A stretch of DNA of 63,001 bases, the filler included, from Salisapilia sapeloensis CBS 127946 (Eukaryota; Protista; Oomycota), in assembly GCA_023334545.1 (NCBI GenBank). It is 12 parts of 12 records of this genome, joined end to end, with 100 filler letters (N's around TTAATTAATTAA, not from the genome) between each part and the next. Parts side by side here need not be neighbours in the genome. Positions count along the whole stretch, not along the records: positions 39,371 to 47,404 come from JAADVB010000500.1; positions 47,505 to 49,373 come from JAADVB010001021.1; positions 49,474 to 58,211 come from JAADVB010000478.1; 9 more parts are not named here. The stretch is one strand, 5' to 3'. Both the position numbers and the translations under genes were made by a program. Positions 44,999 through 56,405 of the stretch are shown in pieces. The notes under the pieces are model-generated. The model made no database searches. It was not told where the DNA came from and worked only from the letters and a program-made list of their open reading frames with translations. Positions within the stretch are counted from its first letter, which is position 1, and the number at the start of each line of letters is the position of its first letter.

Positions 44999-45719
44999 TC
45001 ACTTTTTCCTACTGACTTTGGCATGTTTGTCGTCGTCTGCTTGTGCTTCTTGGCTGCTGTCGCTGCTGTATCCTACGAGCAGACCTTCGCTAGCGCTTAT
45101 TGGCTGTTGGACGAGGTGGGAGGTCTCGGCTTTGGGTTTCTCCTTTGGAGCACTAGTCTCCGATCGATGGCGTTTCTTGCGCTTCACGACGATGCGAAGC
45201 TGCGATCCATCCGTCTTGTCATCCGCTGCGGCTGCGCTCAGGCCAGTGTCTGTGGCTGCGGCTGTCAATCGCTCTTCCTGGGCCTTTCGAGCCATGGATC
45301 GGAACTTTTGGATCTCTAATGTACGCTGCTGTCAGATAGAAGCATGAGTATGTCATAATGCTATGTACCTGCTGCATTCTCTTCGTTCCGCTTGGCATGT
45401 GCCTCTCGTTCCTCCTGTAGTCGCTCTGCCAGATACAGTCTGGTCGTACATGATGCAGTTAGATTGGATATGAGGAAACTGTCGTCATGAAGAGGCACCT
45501 GTCCGAGTTGTCGTAGAGCCCTCGGTTCTCAAAGACGGCGTCGCTTGCAGAGACCATGTCGTCCATCAGCTGACGACCTGCTTCCGTCGAAGTGTCTGCT
45601 TGAGACCCAGGCATCAACTTGTACTCTGTGCGCTCCGACTCCGCCGAATCGAACGGATTCACCGGAGTCGGCTTACTTGCAGCCTCCGATGTGCTCGGGT
45701 GCCATGACGGCGGATCCAT
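44999..45719 (-). CDS. Small coiled-coil protein, possibly FAM192A/NIP30-like (3 exons)
   Basis: ATG 45719; GT-AG introns join NRGLYDNSD|RLYLAERLQEE...NAA|EIQKFRSMARK; C-terminal IVVKRKK and LLVGYSSDS. Family assignment is tentative. Confidence 0.5.
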
Positions 45720-46858
45720 CGTCACTCTTGGAAGGTATGAAGTCCACCGTAGAGGTAGTATTGACGTTAGGTGTGGCTCGTAGATACAGATGCCAGGTAG
45801 AAAGCACTGGTAGAACCGTATTACCAGCGATAATCGAGGTCCGAGTCGTGCGCTACGAACCTGGTGCTTTCGTGTCGCACTTTGTGTCCAGCTACCTATA
45901 CATGTTACAATATCGTAAGAGGGTGTGCAGTCGAAATGCACGCGTGTACAGCTAACGGATAGCTCTGATCTGACCACCTGTTCGAGTCAGGATGGTCCAT
46001 CCTTCGGTGGAAAGATTGATGTCTTACGAGGTCAATCCGCTTTTAGAACGACTGCTGCTTGTGCTCCGTTTCGGGAGGGCACAAGTGCATGCAATTCGGC
46101 TAGGAATAGGAAAGAAATTTGTTTCCACATGCATGCCAATGCTTCATATCTGCACTATACAGATCAGGCTGCTCCTCCGGGAATAGCAGATCCTATGATT
46201 ATCTTTGAATACTTCGCTAGTCTGGCACGGACGTGCATACGGCGGTAGAGACAAAGCAAAAGTTCAAACCAGTTATCAGATCGCCATACTTGTACTTGTT
46301 GGATAGTGAAAGCTTCAAACAACTGCTTGACTTTCTACCTTTCTTGGACTTCCTTCTCGTCATGTTCCTCGCGACCCGGCGCCATGAATAGCTCGTTCGC
46401 AAGTCACCCGCAAATGAATGGCTCGAATCCACAAGTGGCTTCAGTTGCTCAGTGTACCGTATCAGCGACATAAGACACCACATACAGTTTCAGGTGTAAA
46501 CCGCTTCCTAGCTAGGTTCGTAACGTGTGTTCAACTTGAAGTGCACGTACGCACCGGGAAATCTTGTGCTTTCTGAGATTGCTTCGATCGAATATTAAAC
46601 ACGTCCATTGGTCTTCGTCGATCCTCCTACGACTTCGGCAGCCACTATCATCCAACTTGCATCAAGACCATCAAGATGAATCAGAGCGCAGATTAAAGCT
46701 TCCATGGCAGCTGAGGTCACGCGCGACCAAAATGACTCCCATCTGGTCCTGTAGTCAGATTAGCCTTTAGCAATGACTGTACTTTCCTTCGATCCTACCT
46801 CCACACTGCTTGAAGACCTCACTTTCACTTTTGCTCTCGCCGACGCACTGGAAACGAC

Positions 46859-47404
46859 ATGATCTTCGGAAAGACTCTCGCGCTTTCAGCACTCGCTCTC
46901 GGTGCGGTTACCGCAGCTCCCAATGCAACTTTGGACGATGGCATTCGGATGCTACAAGCTCCGCCATCCAACCTCATCCCACCGACCGATGGGCTGCGCA
47001 ACCTGGTGCCTCCTCGTTTCGTATCCAACTCTATCTCGAATCGTGCCATCCCGACCAACAAGTGGTGGGCGAACATGATCGGATACGACTCGATTGATAC
47101 CATCCAGCCAGTATGGAGCAACCCGTACGCCATCCAGGTCGTGAATACCAAAGCGCCCTATGGTTTTGGGATCATGTACGGCTACGCTAGGCGCTTTATG
47201 GACGGTAACACTGGCAACAGTGGAGCTGTCAAGTACTATGGGCATGGTCTCGTCCATGAAGTCACATTGACTGCTTCCGAGATCACATCCAACCCCGATG
47301 TGAACGTCGTCGACTGGACGGACCACGGAGCTACTGTTCAGATGACGTCTGGCAGTCGGACGTTGGAGACGTACCTCGTGACCGGCATGCCGTACGTTAC
47401 TACC
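46859..47404 (+). CDS. Secreted endo-1,3-beta-glucanase, GH81 family (5' part, cut by spacer)
   Basis: Signal peptide MIFGKTLALSALALGAVTA; IPTNKWWANMI...QPVWSNPY...APYG; YLVTGMPYVT. Confidence 0.85.
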
Positions 47405-47504
47405 NNNNNNNNNNNNNNNNNNNNNNNNNNNNNNNNNNNNNNNNNNNNTTAATTAATTAANNNNNNNNNNNNNNNNNNNNNNNNNNNNNNNNNNNNNNNN
47501 NNNN

Positions 47505-47645
47505 TATCTTCTGGTGCCGCCGGCGGTACCTGCGTTTCACCGATCCGGTTCCTTCCACCGCCATACACGAATGTCGCTCTCAGCAAGGATGCAGCCAAAA
47601 ATTATCACTGCAAAACCAATGCGATACTAAAAAACTACGAGGATC
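47505..47645 (+). repeat. 141-bp inverted repeat, left copy (contig start)
   Basis: Exact reverse complement of 49233-49373. Confidence 0.97.
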
Positions 47646-48722
47646 ACTTCAAATAGGGGAGCAAGTGCGAATTCATGTCTATCAAGTAGTCTCCTAAGCC
47701 TACGAATCAATCTGTCACCCTGTGCTTGTGTGATTGTATCTTTGCGATGCCCTTTAAAGGTTCAGAACGAATGTTTGATAAGGGTGGAGTGCTGAACAGT
47801 TAAGCATAACCTAGGAAGATCGCATGAAGACGTTGGCGACACGCTAGCAAGCGGCATTGTCACGCTTGACCAGATAGAGGGTAGACTTGTCACTTTGCTT
47901 CGTGTGGTTGATGGTTAAGCCATTGGGAGATGATCCTCCACGGCATGTATCCTTGCTTCAAAATCTACACAGATAATAAGCGGAAGAATTATCCATGCTG
48001 TTGATGCGCAAAATATTTGAACTCAGGACGAATGACCAGGACAGGAGGCTAGTCAGCACGAATTCATCATGCACCGCGTGTCCAAAATTCAGTGGATGCT
48101 CTGAAAAACGAGGAGTTAAAGTGTCGCTTGTGTGGTGTCCGCAGTTACCACGACCAGGTCGCAGCACAGTATGGCGATCACGGTGCCTCAACATCAATTT
48201 CTCCAGAGGCGAAGCGTAAGGTCCAAGTGGGTTCGTAGAGCATAGGGTGTGCTGTCGCCAGGATGCCGAGTTCTCGATCAGTAGTGGCTGGAGCAGTCAT
48301 TTCTTTGGACGTATCGAAAGAGAGGTGTAGAAGAAGCATTCAGTTTACCTGAAGAGTTCTGGATGAATAGTGGAACAGTCATTCCTTCAAAGTGATTGAG
48401 AAGTAGTCGTTTCAAGATTCGAGAATAGCTGTGCTCGTTTACGTAGATACTTGATCCCATCCATGCCATCTTCATGTCCCTAAACGAACACGTCAACATA
48501 CCAGTCTTCATTTCAATTCTTCATCTACTGTCCGCTATCTCCCATTAAAGCAACTTTCTAGAAATTCTACGGCGATGTGATCTGATCGGCCGAGTAGAAG
48601 CGAAATCGAGCAATTGCTCCCCAATATCATCAGGATTCAGAGAAATGTCCTCCCGCTCCTGAAGCGTTATTGGGCATATTATTTACTTCAAAGATCCAAT
48701 TGAGCGTATTCATGGTTCCAAG

Positions 48723-49373
48723 TCATACTGAATGCTTGAAGTGCGTACAAACGGAATAGATATGCACCACCTTATCACATAACCTTCCGATGCTACGGTA
48801 GTCTCGTGAGATATTTTGATCACTTAACAGTCTGGTAGATGCTACCAATGCGTTGCCATCAAGTGCATCGACCGTTAGTTTCTCTATCAAACGCATCGGC
48901 AGAGGAAGACCGCGACCAGCTGATCGACCCCGGCACAATCTTTTCATCAATTCGCCATCAAATCACCGCGTTTACAAAACAAATGCGAAAATTTTTAGCG
49001 CTTTCATTGGACAACAAGTACTCCACAGCGAACGTAACTCCCCATCGTGAATTCCGCTGGATCTGTCTCAAGTCAACCGCTATCCGTATGTAAGTAGGGT
49101 GTTGATGCGCCAGTGGCTTCTCAACCCGTCTGTACAGCACCGTCCAATCGCATATCACGCTGTCAAACAGGTTGCAACTTGTTGCCACCCGATCCAGTCA
49201 TTTTGCGTCTACCAGCGACATCCCTTTCACCGGATCCTCGTAGTTTTTTAGTATCGCATTGGTTTTGCAGTGATAATTTTTGGCTGCATCCTTGCTGAGA
49301 GCGACATTCGTGTATGGCGGTGGAAGGAACCGGATCGGTGAAACGCAGGTACCGCCGGCGGCACCAGAAGATA
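48723..49373 (-). pseudogene. Possible decayed START-like gene starting inside the inverted repeat
   Basis: RFLPPPYTNVALSKDAAKNYHCKTNAILKNYEDPVKGMSLVDAK*LDRV...DWTVLYRR loosely resembles the N-terminus of oomycete START/FYVE proteins; stops and a frameshift follow. Confidence 0.25.
49233..49373 (-). repeat. 141-bp inverted repeat, right copy (contig end)
   Basis: Exact reverse complement of 47505-47645; the copies diverge immediately after GAGGATC. Confidence 0.97.
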
Positions 49374-49777
49374 NNNNNNNNNNNNNNNNNNNNNNNNNNN
49401 NNNNNNNNNNNNNNNNNTTAATTAATTAANNNNNNNNNNNNNNNNNNNNNNNNNNNNNNNNNNNNNNNNNNNNCCACCTCGATCCACACTCGCGCTCCAG
49501 CTCTCCCGTTCGGCTAACTCGACACCCGTCGCCCACGAGGATCTGGACACCAGCTCACATTTGATTTTTATCAGATAGAGGTAGACTAGAAAGAAAAGAA
49601 AAAACAAAAGAACCAGCTGTCGGTATCATGGAATTCGATCGCGATCTCAATGCACACTCAGCGGATAACTTGTTAGCGACAGCCGCCTGCATGACTTGAC
49701 GTTTGTATCCACGACTTCACTTGACTATACCCTGCATCGGCGCGTTTAGAAAAACTCAGAACAGAACACGAAAGGCG

Positions 49778-50938
49778 ATGGAGACAGAGAAGGTGAAGGA
49801 CTCGCCCCCGACCGGGATGCTCTCCGGCGACGACATTTTTGACGGCCTGAGCCTCGACTACACGCTCTTGGACGCGAACGACCCGGCGTCGTCGTCGCTC
49901 ATGACCCTCCCAGGCACTGTCTCCCCCACCGACTCGGCGCTCACGTCCACGACGTCGACTGTGCCGGAGAACGAACTTCAAAATCCGGACCAATTGTCCG
50001 ACGTGCCTCCGATGGTGCCGCAGACACCACCAAGGTATCACTCGACACCGTACTCAAAGCACAAGCGCGTACGGTCGAATCCCGACGCGCTGCATAATTT
50101 TCTACCACCACAACCGCCCATTGCACCTGTCGAAGTGACTTCACCGACGACGGAGAATCCCGTCGGAGCTCCTATGCCGCTGCCATTTAGTAACGCACCG
50201 ACATTTCAGGATTCGCTGCAGGACATGGACGACTTCCTCCGTGATATTCCGTGGGGAGATAACCCGAGCGACGACACGGCCGCGCTACTTTCACACAACC
50301 GAGAGCAGATCAAGCTCATGAAGCGAAAGCGAGGGGCACCTATGCCGTCCCACTCGCGACACCATTCGAACCCGGTGGAGGTATTTCAGAACCTCGATCA
50401 ATTCCATGCAACAGGTAGTCCGAACGGCATGGCTCCGCCCGGAAGTCTGCCGATGAATTCCCCAAACGACTTTAATTTTGGTGCGCAGCCAGCGATGCCA
50501 AGATCAGGTCAAGCGATGCATTCGCGTCGGGCCTCGCTACCAGATCACCCGATGCACATGGGATCTCGAGGTCAGTCTCGCGGTCACAATAGGTCAACAG
50601 GGCTGTCCATGGATCTGTCGAATATGAATTTAAGCTTTTTGGCCGTACCAGAAGAAGAAGAGGAGATGCCGTCGAGCAACATGGGCAACAGCGAGAACAA
50701 AGTCCCGAACAAGCGCAGTACTGGGAAAAAGTACGAAAAGGAAGGGAACCGCAAGCTGTACAAGTGCGGTCGATGTGGCCAGCCCAAGGTCGGCCACATT
50801 TGCACGATGCCGGAGCTGCGTAACAATTGGTCGCAGGTGGACTTGGAGGTGACGAAAGGGCTCAAGGCGATGCGCGTCAACTGCCACGTGATGCCGGTCA
50901 AGAGCGTCTGGGTGCCACAGCACGAAGATCATGTTTGA
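49778..50938 (+). CDS. Low-complexity protein with a C-terminal CxxC...H.C zinc-knuckle-like motif (386 aa)
   Basis: Single long ORF; RKLYKCGRCGQPKVGHICT near the C-terminus; basic patches (MKRKR) suggest a nuclear location. Confidence 0.7.
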   Translation: METEKVKDSPPTGMLSGDDIFDGLSLDYTLLDANDPASSSLMTLPGTVSPTDSALTSTTSTVPENELQNPDQLSDVPPMVPQTPPRYHSTPYSKHKRVRSNPDALHNFLPPQPPIAPVEVTSPTTENPVGAPMPLPFSNAPTFQDSLQDMDDFLRDIPWGDNPSDDTAALLSHNREQIKLMKRKRGAPMPSHSRHHSNPVEVFQNLDQFHATGSPNGMAPPGSLPMNSPNDFNFGAQPAMPRSGQAMHSRRASLPDHPMHMGSRGQSRGHNRSTGLSMDLSNMNLSFLAVPEEEEEMPSSNMGNSENKVPNKRSTGKKYEKEGNRKLYKCGRCGQPKVGHICTMPELRNNWSQVDLEVTKGLKAMRVNCHVMPVKSVWVPQHEDHV

Positions 50939-51188
50939 GTTGGTCCGTTTGAACCATTTTTCTTTAAAAGGCAATGTATAGCACATTCGTTTCTCGTTTC
51001 CACCTCGTCTCCGCATGTACTTGTCGAAGCATTGGCGGACGCATAATCCCATCTGCCGATGACTCGCTTTTCCATTGCACAAGTATTCGGACGAAATAAA
51101 AGATAACAAAAGAGTCACGACGTGATGTAATATTTCTTTTCCCTCGGGCGCGGATTCGAACCGAGGGACTTGGCTGTCGACGAGCGCA

Positions 51189-52937
51189 ATGGCGGACGAC
51201 TCGGACTTTGGTACCCTCATGGCGGGGCTCATGCAAACGCTCCCGTCAGAGGCCTCTTCTCTCTTCTTATCGTCGCTCACCGGACTCTCCACTGCCGAGA
51301 CGCAAAAAGTGTGCTTCTATCTTTCCCAGCTCAAGGGCGAGAAGCAGTTCCGAGCGCTCAAGGCGCTATCGGAGAGCTCGCCCGAGGGGAAAAAGGTGTT
51401 TATCGGTAAGATTGGGGAAAAGATTGAGCAAAAGCAGGCCAAGCAAGAGGAACTGGACCGAAGGGACCAGCAGGACAAGGAGTCTCATCTCCAGAGCCAG
51501 CACCATCGCACAGGTGTGTGTCGTCGTCAAGTTTTTCCGATCGTATACTAACCTCTATCTAGCTGTGGACCGTGTCAAGCACCTCAATGGAGGAGGCAAG
51601 CACCACTCGTACAACGCCGCCCTCGGCGCCCATTTGTACCCTCTCTCTTGTACCGCCCGCCCTTGACCTGACCATCTGACGTTGTGGCTAGAACGGATGA
51701 GAACTCCAAGCCGACGCACGCCAGCACGGAAGAGAATGCCCCGCCGAACAGCCGCTCGTACTCCATCTCGGCCCTCCAGGCAGTCAAAGAAGAGCCGGAC
51801 ATAGCTGCCGTCAACAAACTCCTCAAGCAGACGTCGATCACAAGATCCGAGCAGCAGCTTCGGGAGCTAGAAGTCTCGTCCTTTGCCTCGAAAGAGCCGA
51901 CGGACAAGTTAGAGCCAACTGATCAGGTGAAACGCGACCGGAGCATCAATGCGCTCAAGGTAAGCAGCGAGAAACCAACGCAGCGAGTCAAGGTAGAGGA
52001 AGAGGAGGAGGCGCCGACTACCAAGCGGTGGACCAAGGCGCAGGACGAGGCGCTTCGGGATAGCGTGCAGCTTCATGGCGAGAAGAACTGGAAGGCCATC
52101 GCGGAACTCGTGCCGGGTCGCAACCACGCGCAGTGTCTCCAGCGATGGCGCAAGGTGCTCAAGCCAGGTCTAGTAAAAGGCCACTGGAGCTTTGAAGAGG
52201 ACCAGATCCTCGAGTTCCTCGTCAAGCAAGGGTGCCACAACTGGGGGCAGATCAGCGAGCGCATCCAAGGCCGGACGCCCAAGCAGTGTCGCGAGCGGTG
52301 GAAGAACCACTTGGACCCAAACATTAACAAGGGTCCGTACACGCCAGAGGAAGACAAGGTCATTTGGGAAGCCCAGAAAGAGCTCGGGAACAAATGGAGT
52401 CAGATCGCGCAGCTTCTCAAAGGTAGGACGGAGGACAGTGTCAAGATTAGGTGGAAGAGCTTGAAGCAGCACCCGCAGAAAGCGGCGCAGCAGTACCAGA
52501 GCCAAAGTCAGTTGTACCAAACGCAGATGGCGCAGATGCACATGCAAGATCACTTTAACATGTACCCGTACGACCCGATGATGGGGTACGCCGGGATGGA
52601 CAATCAGGTCAAGCAGGAGGGGTTCACAGACAGTCTCACGGGAGGCATGCCGTACAATGTAGACCAAAGTGGTATGTATGGAAACACGAACCGCTACGCC
52701 GCTGGCAGCATGCAACCGGATGCGTCGACGAGCTTTTTCGCCCAGCTACACGATACGAGCGCCGACGGTTTCGGATTTCCGGTACGTTTGTAACTTTATA
52801 GCAGACTTGGCGAAACGACTGAATGCCGTATGTAGAACGAAAGCGACAACCTGGATCTGTTGGAGCGGCTGGCGATGGAGGTGCAGCCATTGCCAACGCA
52901 TGAGCAGACTGGTCGCCGGGACTTGGACCCTTTGTGA
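51189..52937 (+). CDS. R1R2R3-Myb transcription factor (520 aa, 4 exons)
   Basis: Exons 51189-51513, 51563-51608, 51692-52781, 52836-52937 sum to 1563 nt. Three Myb repeats: WTKAQDEAL...QCLQRWRKVLKP, KGHWSFEED...QCRERWKNHLDP, KGPYTPEED...VKIRW. Joining of exons 1-2 is inferred from splice signals. Confidence 0.88.
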
Positions 52938-53181
52938 CTTATATTTTCTGCCTCCTTTTCTTTCCAAATGCACGTCAATTTGATACTTGTTCCTTCGTCT
53001 TGCGATTTGCCACCTTCCCATTTGTCTGAGATGTGATCACGCCCCCGCCTCTCCCTTTTCTTTCACCCATTCCATTCCGTATCAGTGTCTGTCGGTCTGT
53101 CAAGTCAGAAGCAGTCACGGTCCGATTCCATCCGTATCACGATCGAGCGACGGACGACAGAAGCGAAAACTCGACGCAAGA

Positions 53182-55415
53182 ATGAAAGCTGTCGGCCTCT
53201 GCGTGGTCTGGATGGTGCTCGCGAGCGCCGACCAGGACTCTGGGTGGACGAACACAATGTGCGACGACCATTGCGGCCGACTTGCGCTGTGCAAGTCGCA
53301 GCATGGCGCCTGCCGTCCAATCGACAGCCGTGAGAGCGGACAGGAGTGGACCATGGCTTTTGAGGAAGACACTTTGCTGAGTAGAATCGACATACCTGAC
53401 AGCGTCAAAGAATTGTAAGCTGTGCTATCGCTTCAGGAAGAATGAGAGACTGATGATGCATGACTAGGACGATTGAAGCCAACGACCATCGACTTACATT
53501 CACGCAGGACTTGAACCACTCCAACCTCAACTCCATGTACCCATATACCATGAATCGATGCCATGAGCTCTTTATTTATATCTGGTATAGACGCTTTTCG
53601 CACGTGAAGATGCTGGATGGACTTCCGCGACTCCCTCGGACGGTCCAAAGCGTCTATTTGGACTCTTGTGTCTTCTCGTCTGTTCCCGTAGAAGAGCTCC
53701 TTCATCTATCCAACCTCTCCTCGGTCGATTTCTCCAACTCGACTTCGGGCACGACGCTCGTATCTCTCCACCACTACGACCAGCTAGAAGAACTTCTTCC
53801 CAGAATACCGTCCTCCAATTCCATCGCATGTCCTGAACAGAGCCTTTCCAAGCCAGTTAGCTCGTCCTTATCCGTCTGCGTCTACGAGCAGCACCTAGCA
53901 AACACACTACGTCGTCTGCAGACATCCTCTTCTGACTCTGGCTCCGAATCGGACGATGGGGACTACCGAGCATACTATGTGCTCATCGGTATGTCGGCCC
54001 CGTTGGTCTACATTGCCTATAAAATCTTCCTTTATGTGTACTTCTGGCGATCGTATAGCTCTTCTGGCGAGACGGAACGTCATCATCAGTCCACGTCGAT
54101 GGTTTCCAGCAACCGCCATCAAAATACGGATCTCTTCGCATCGTCCGTGGACTACGCCAAGCAGCAGCCACCGTCTCCAGTGAAACCAAATCGCATGTCG
54201 ACCGTTGAAGATGAGGAGACGGTAACTAATGCATCCACGGGCTCTCTCTCCTTTGCAGGCGACAAGCGCATGTCGATGAACATTGACACTGATCTTCAGT
54301 CTTTCCGCATCGACTTTCGACGACTGAGCTTTGTTACCAATCTCGCTGGTCAGGAGAACTCTAGCATGCAGAGTACGGACAGTCAAAAGTCCATAGGGAA
54401 AGCTATCGACAGTGGTATCTCTGTGTCCAATAGAAGCACCCGCGCCACGAGCGCCGGGACGCAAAAGTCCATTCGATCGACGCAAGTGCTATCGCCACAC
54501 TCCAACGAGCTTTGGATCGCCGAAGTAGCTAACACGAACCATATTCAGAAAGTTGTCGCGAAGTTCTGTCCCGTACGTCCGCGCAGCTTTAGTAACCAAT
54601 CGATGCAGTCGGCACAGCAGGCGCGTTTCAGAGCAGAGACCAAGCGACTTGCGACCCTTTCCCACCCTCACGTCGCCCAGTTTGTTGGCATCACGTGGTC
54701 CGTTGAAACGAACCTCGTGGTACTAACTGAGTACGTAGCGTCGGGTGACCTTCGGTCGTGGTTGTCTTATAGCGCCAACTTTTTGGCTGGTAGGTGGAGC
54801 ATCGAGAAGGTGCAATTGCTGCTGGATATCGCTTCGGTCGTCCACTATCTACATTCCCACGAACCACCGCTTGTCCATGGCAATCTGAATTCCCGGAACG
54901 TCCTCCTGACATCGGAATTGCGTGCTAAATTTAACGACTTTGGCACCGGTGTGGACGCTAGTTGGTGGGAGAAAGACTTGGCGAACTACCGACAAGTGGG
55001 ATCCGGTAGGTGGCTGAGTCCGGAAGCATTGCTCGCTCCAAGTGAAGGCGGGTATCCGAACGGGGCGATGAAAGAGTCCTCGGACATTTACAGCTTGGGC
55101 ATACTAATGACTGAAATGGATACGCATGACATGCCATTCGGGGATTTAAGTACCTACGGGAACCAAGGAGTGAGCGTACCGGAGAGTGACTTGCTGGATC
55201 TAATTGCGCGAGGAGCACTTGCACCAACATTGTCTCCGAGCTGCGATACTAGAATTGCAGAGCTCATTCGGAGCTGTACGCAATACGAACGTGAGAGGAG
55301 GCCGAGAATAGATGAAGTAGTGATGGAGCTGCAGGAGATTTTAAAGGACTACGAGCGAGATCTCAAGGACGTGGAAAGCCGCGCAGAGCAGGAGCAACAG
55401 ACGGCTTTTGTATAA
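53182..55415 (+). CDS. TKL receptor-like (pseudo)kinase: signal peptide, LRR-like ectodomain, TM helix, kinase domain
   Basis: MKAVGLCVVWMVLASA; introns 53415-53467 and 53537-53590; TM YYVLIGMSAPLVYIAYKIFLYVYFW; kinase motifs HPHVAQFVG, TEYVASGDL, VHGNLNSRNVLL, DFG, GSGRWLSPE, SDIYSLG. Confidence 0.88.
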
Positions 55416-55741
55416 GCGGCGAATTTATTTGTCCTCCTATTATTACTTGAATGGAATCCTTTTCAGGTCATTTTGACCGACGCAAGTTTATATGATTCCT
55501 GCCAGACTTTGCATTTTATTAAAAGCGTCAATGTTAGTCGATGAGAAGTGTCATATAAGCTACAAGATACTAGCTGTGTTAATAAACTTTGCGCTCATCT
55601 ATCCACGGAGACAATAGCAAAATAAAATGAAACAATAAGAATACTAATTTGTTGATCAGATAAAGGCACGCTTCTCCTTTACCAATTGCGCCCAGAGCGT
55701 AAAGAAGGACCATCACGAAAAGCCCTTAAGTATCAAAGGTA

Positions 55742-56405
55742 AACCGTCCACTGCGTTTAGTCTCACCCAAACTAAACTCTCTGTGCCGTACCGTAGTGAA
55801 TTAGCTACAAGTAGTCTAACTGAGACTAATGGATGTTCGAGCTACTTCGTATTTTGTCTGTGCGTAATACACAGTATATAGTCTGAGAATTTGAATAGGA
55901 AAAATGTAGTGCAGCAAATCGATATATTTCATCTGAAGAACGGATTGAGACTAATTTTACATCTAATTTGTTGCTCTTAAGCTGATGTCGGACAGCATAG
56001 GATAGTTGTAGAGAAACATGGTCTTGAAATTGGATGGAAACCTCGCAAGTAAAAGTTGCCACAAAGTTCTTGGTAAGTTGTCACAACACTATTAAGAAAA
56101 GAACATCAAGATAAAATAAAATGAACATGCAACGAATTGAGCTTGGTTAGCTGTTAGTTGTTAGTTGTTCAATAGCTCTCTTCTTATTCGGGAAGCAAAA
56201 TCTTGATGTAGCAAAGCTGAATATATTGCCTTCAGAATATGTATCATATATTAGCTAAAGATAACTCGATTTAAAAGACAATTCTTTACACACTAATTAG
56301 TCTGGGTTCTTCAGGGCGAAATCTCGATACATATATGTTAGTCTCACACAGTATTTAGTCAGTGTGAGACTAATTATTTGCACTGACGAAACGCAGTGAA
56401 CGGTG
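55742..56405. mobile_element. Non-autonomous TA-targeting DNA transposon (MITE-like, 664 bp)
   Basis: Ends AACCGTCCACTGCGTTT and AAACGCAGTGAACGGTG (15/17 inverted match), with TA on both flanks (55740-55741, 56406-56407). Internal TAGTCTCA/TGAGACTA repeats; no coding capacity. Confidence 0.65.

Noticed and set aside
47405-47504. Functional clustering of GH81 with downstream genes, or any linkage across spacers
   Set aside because: Contig order across the artificial spacers is not evidence of genomic adjacency.
51135-51200. tRNA-like GGTTCGAATCC on the minus strand
   Set aside because: No D-arm or acceptor stem can be formed; only a 7-bp hairpin (CCCTCGG/CCGAGGG) just upstream of the Myb start.
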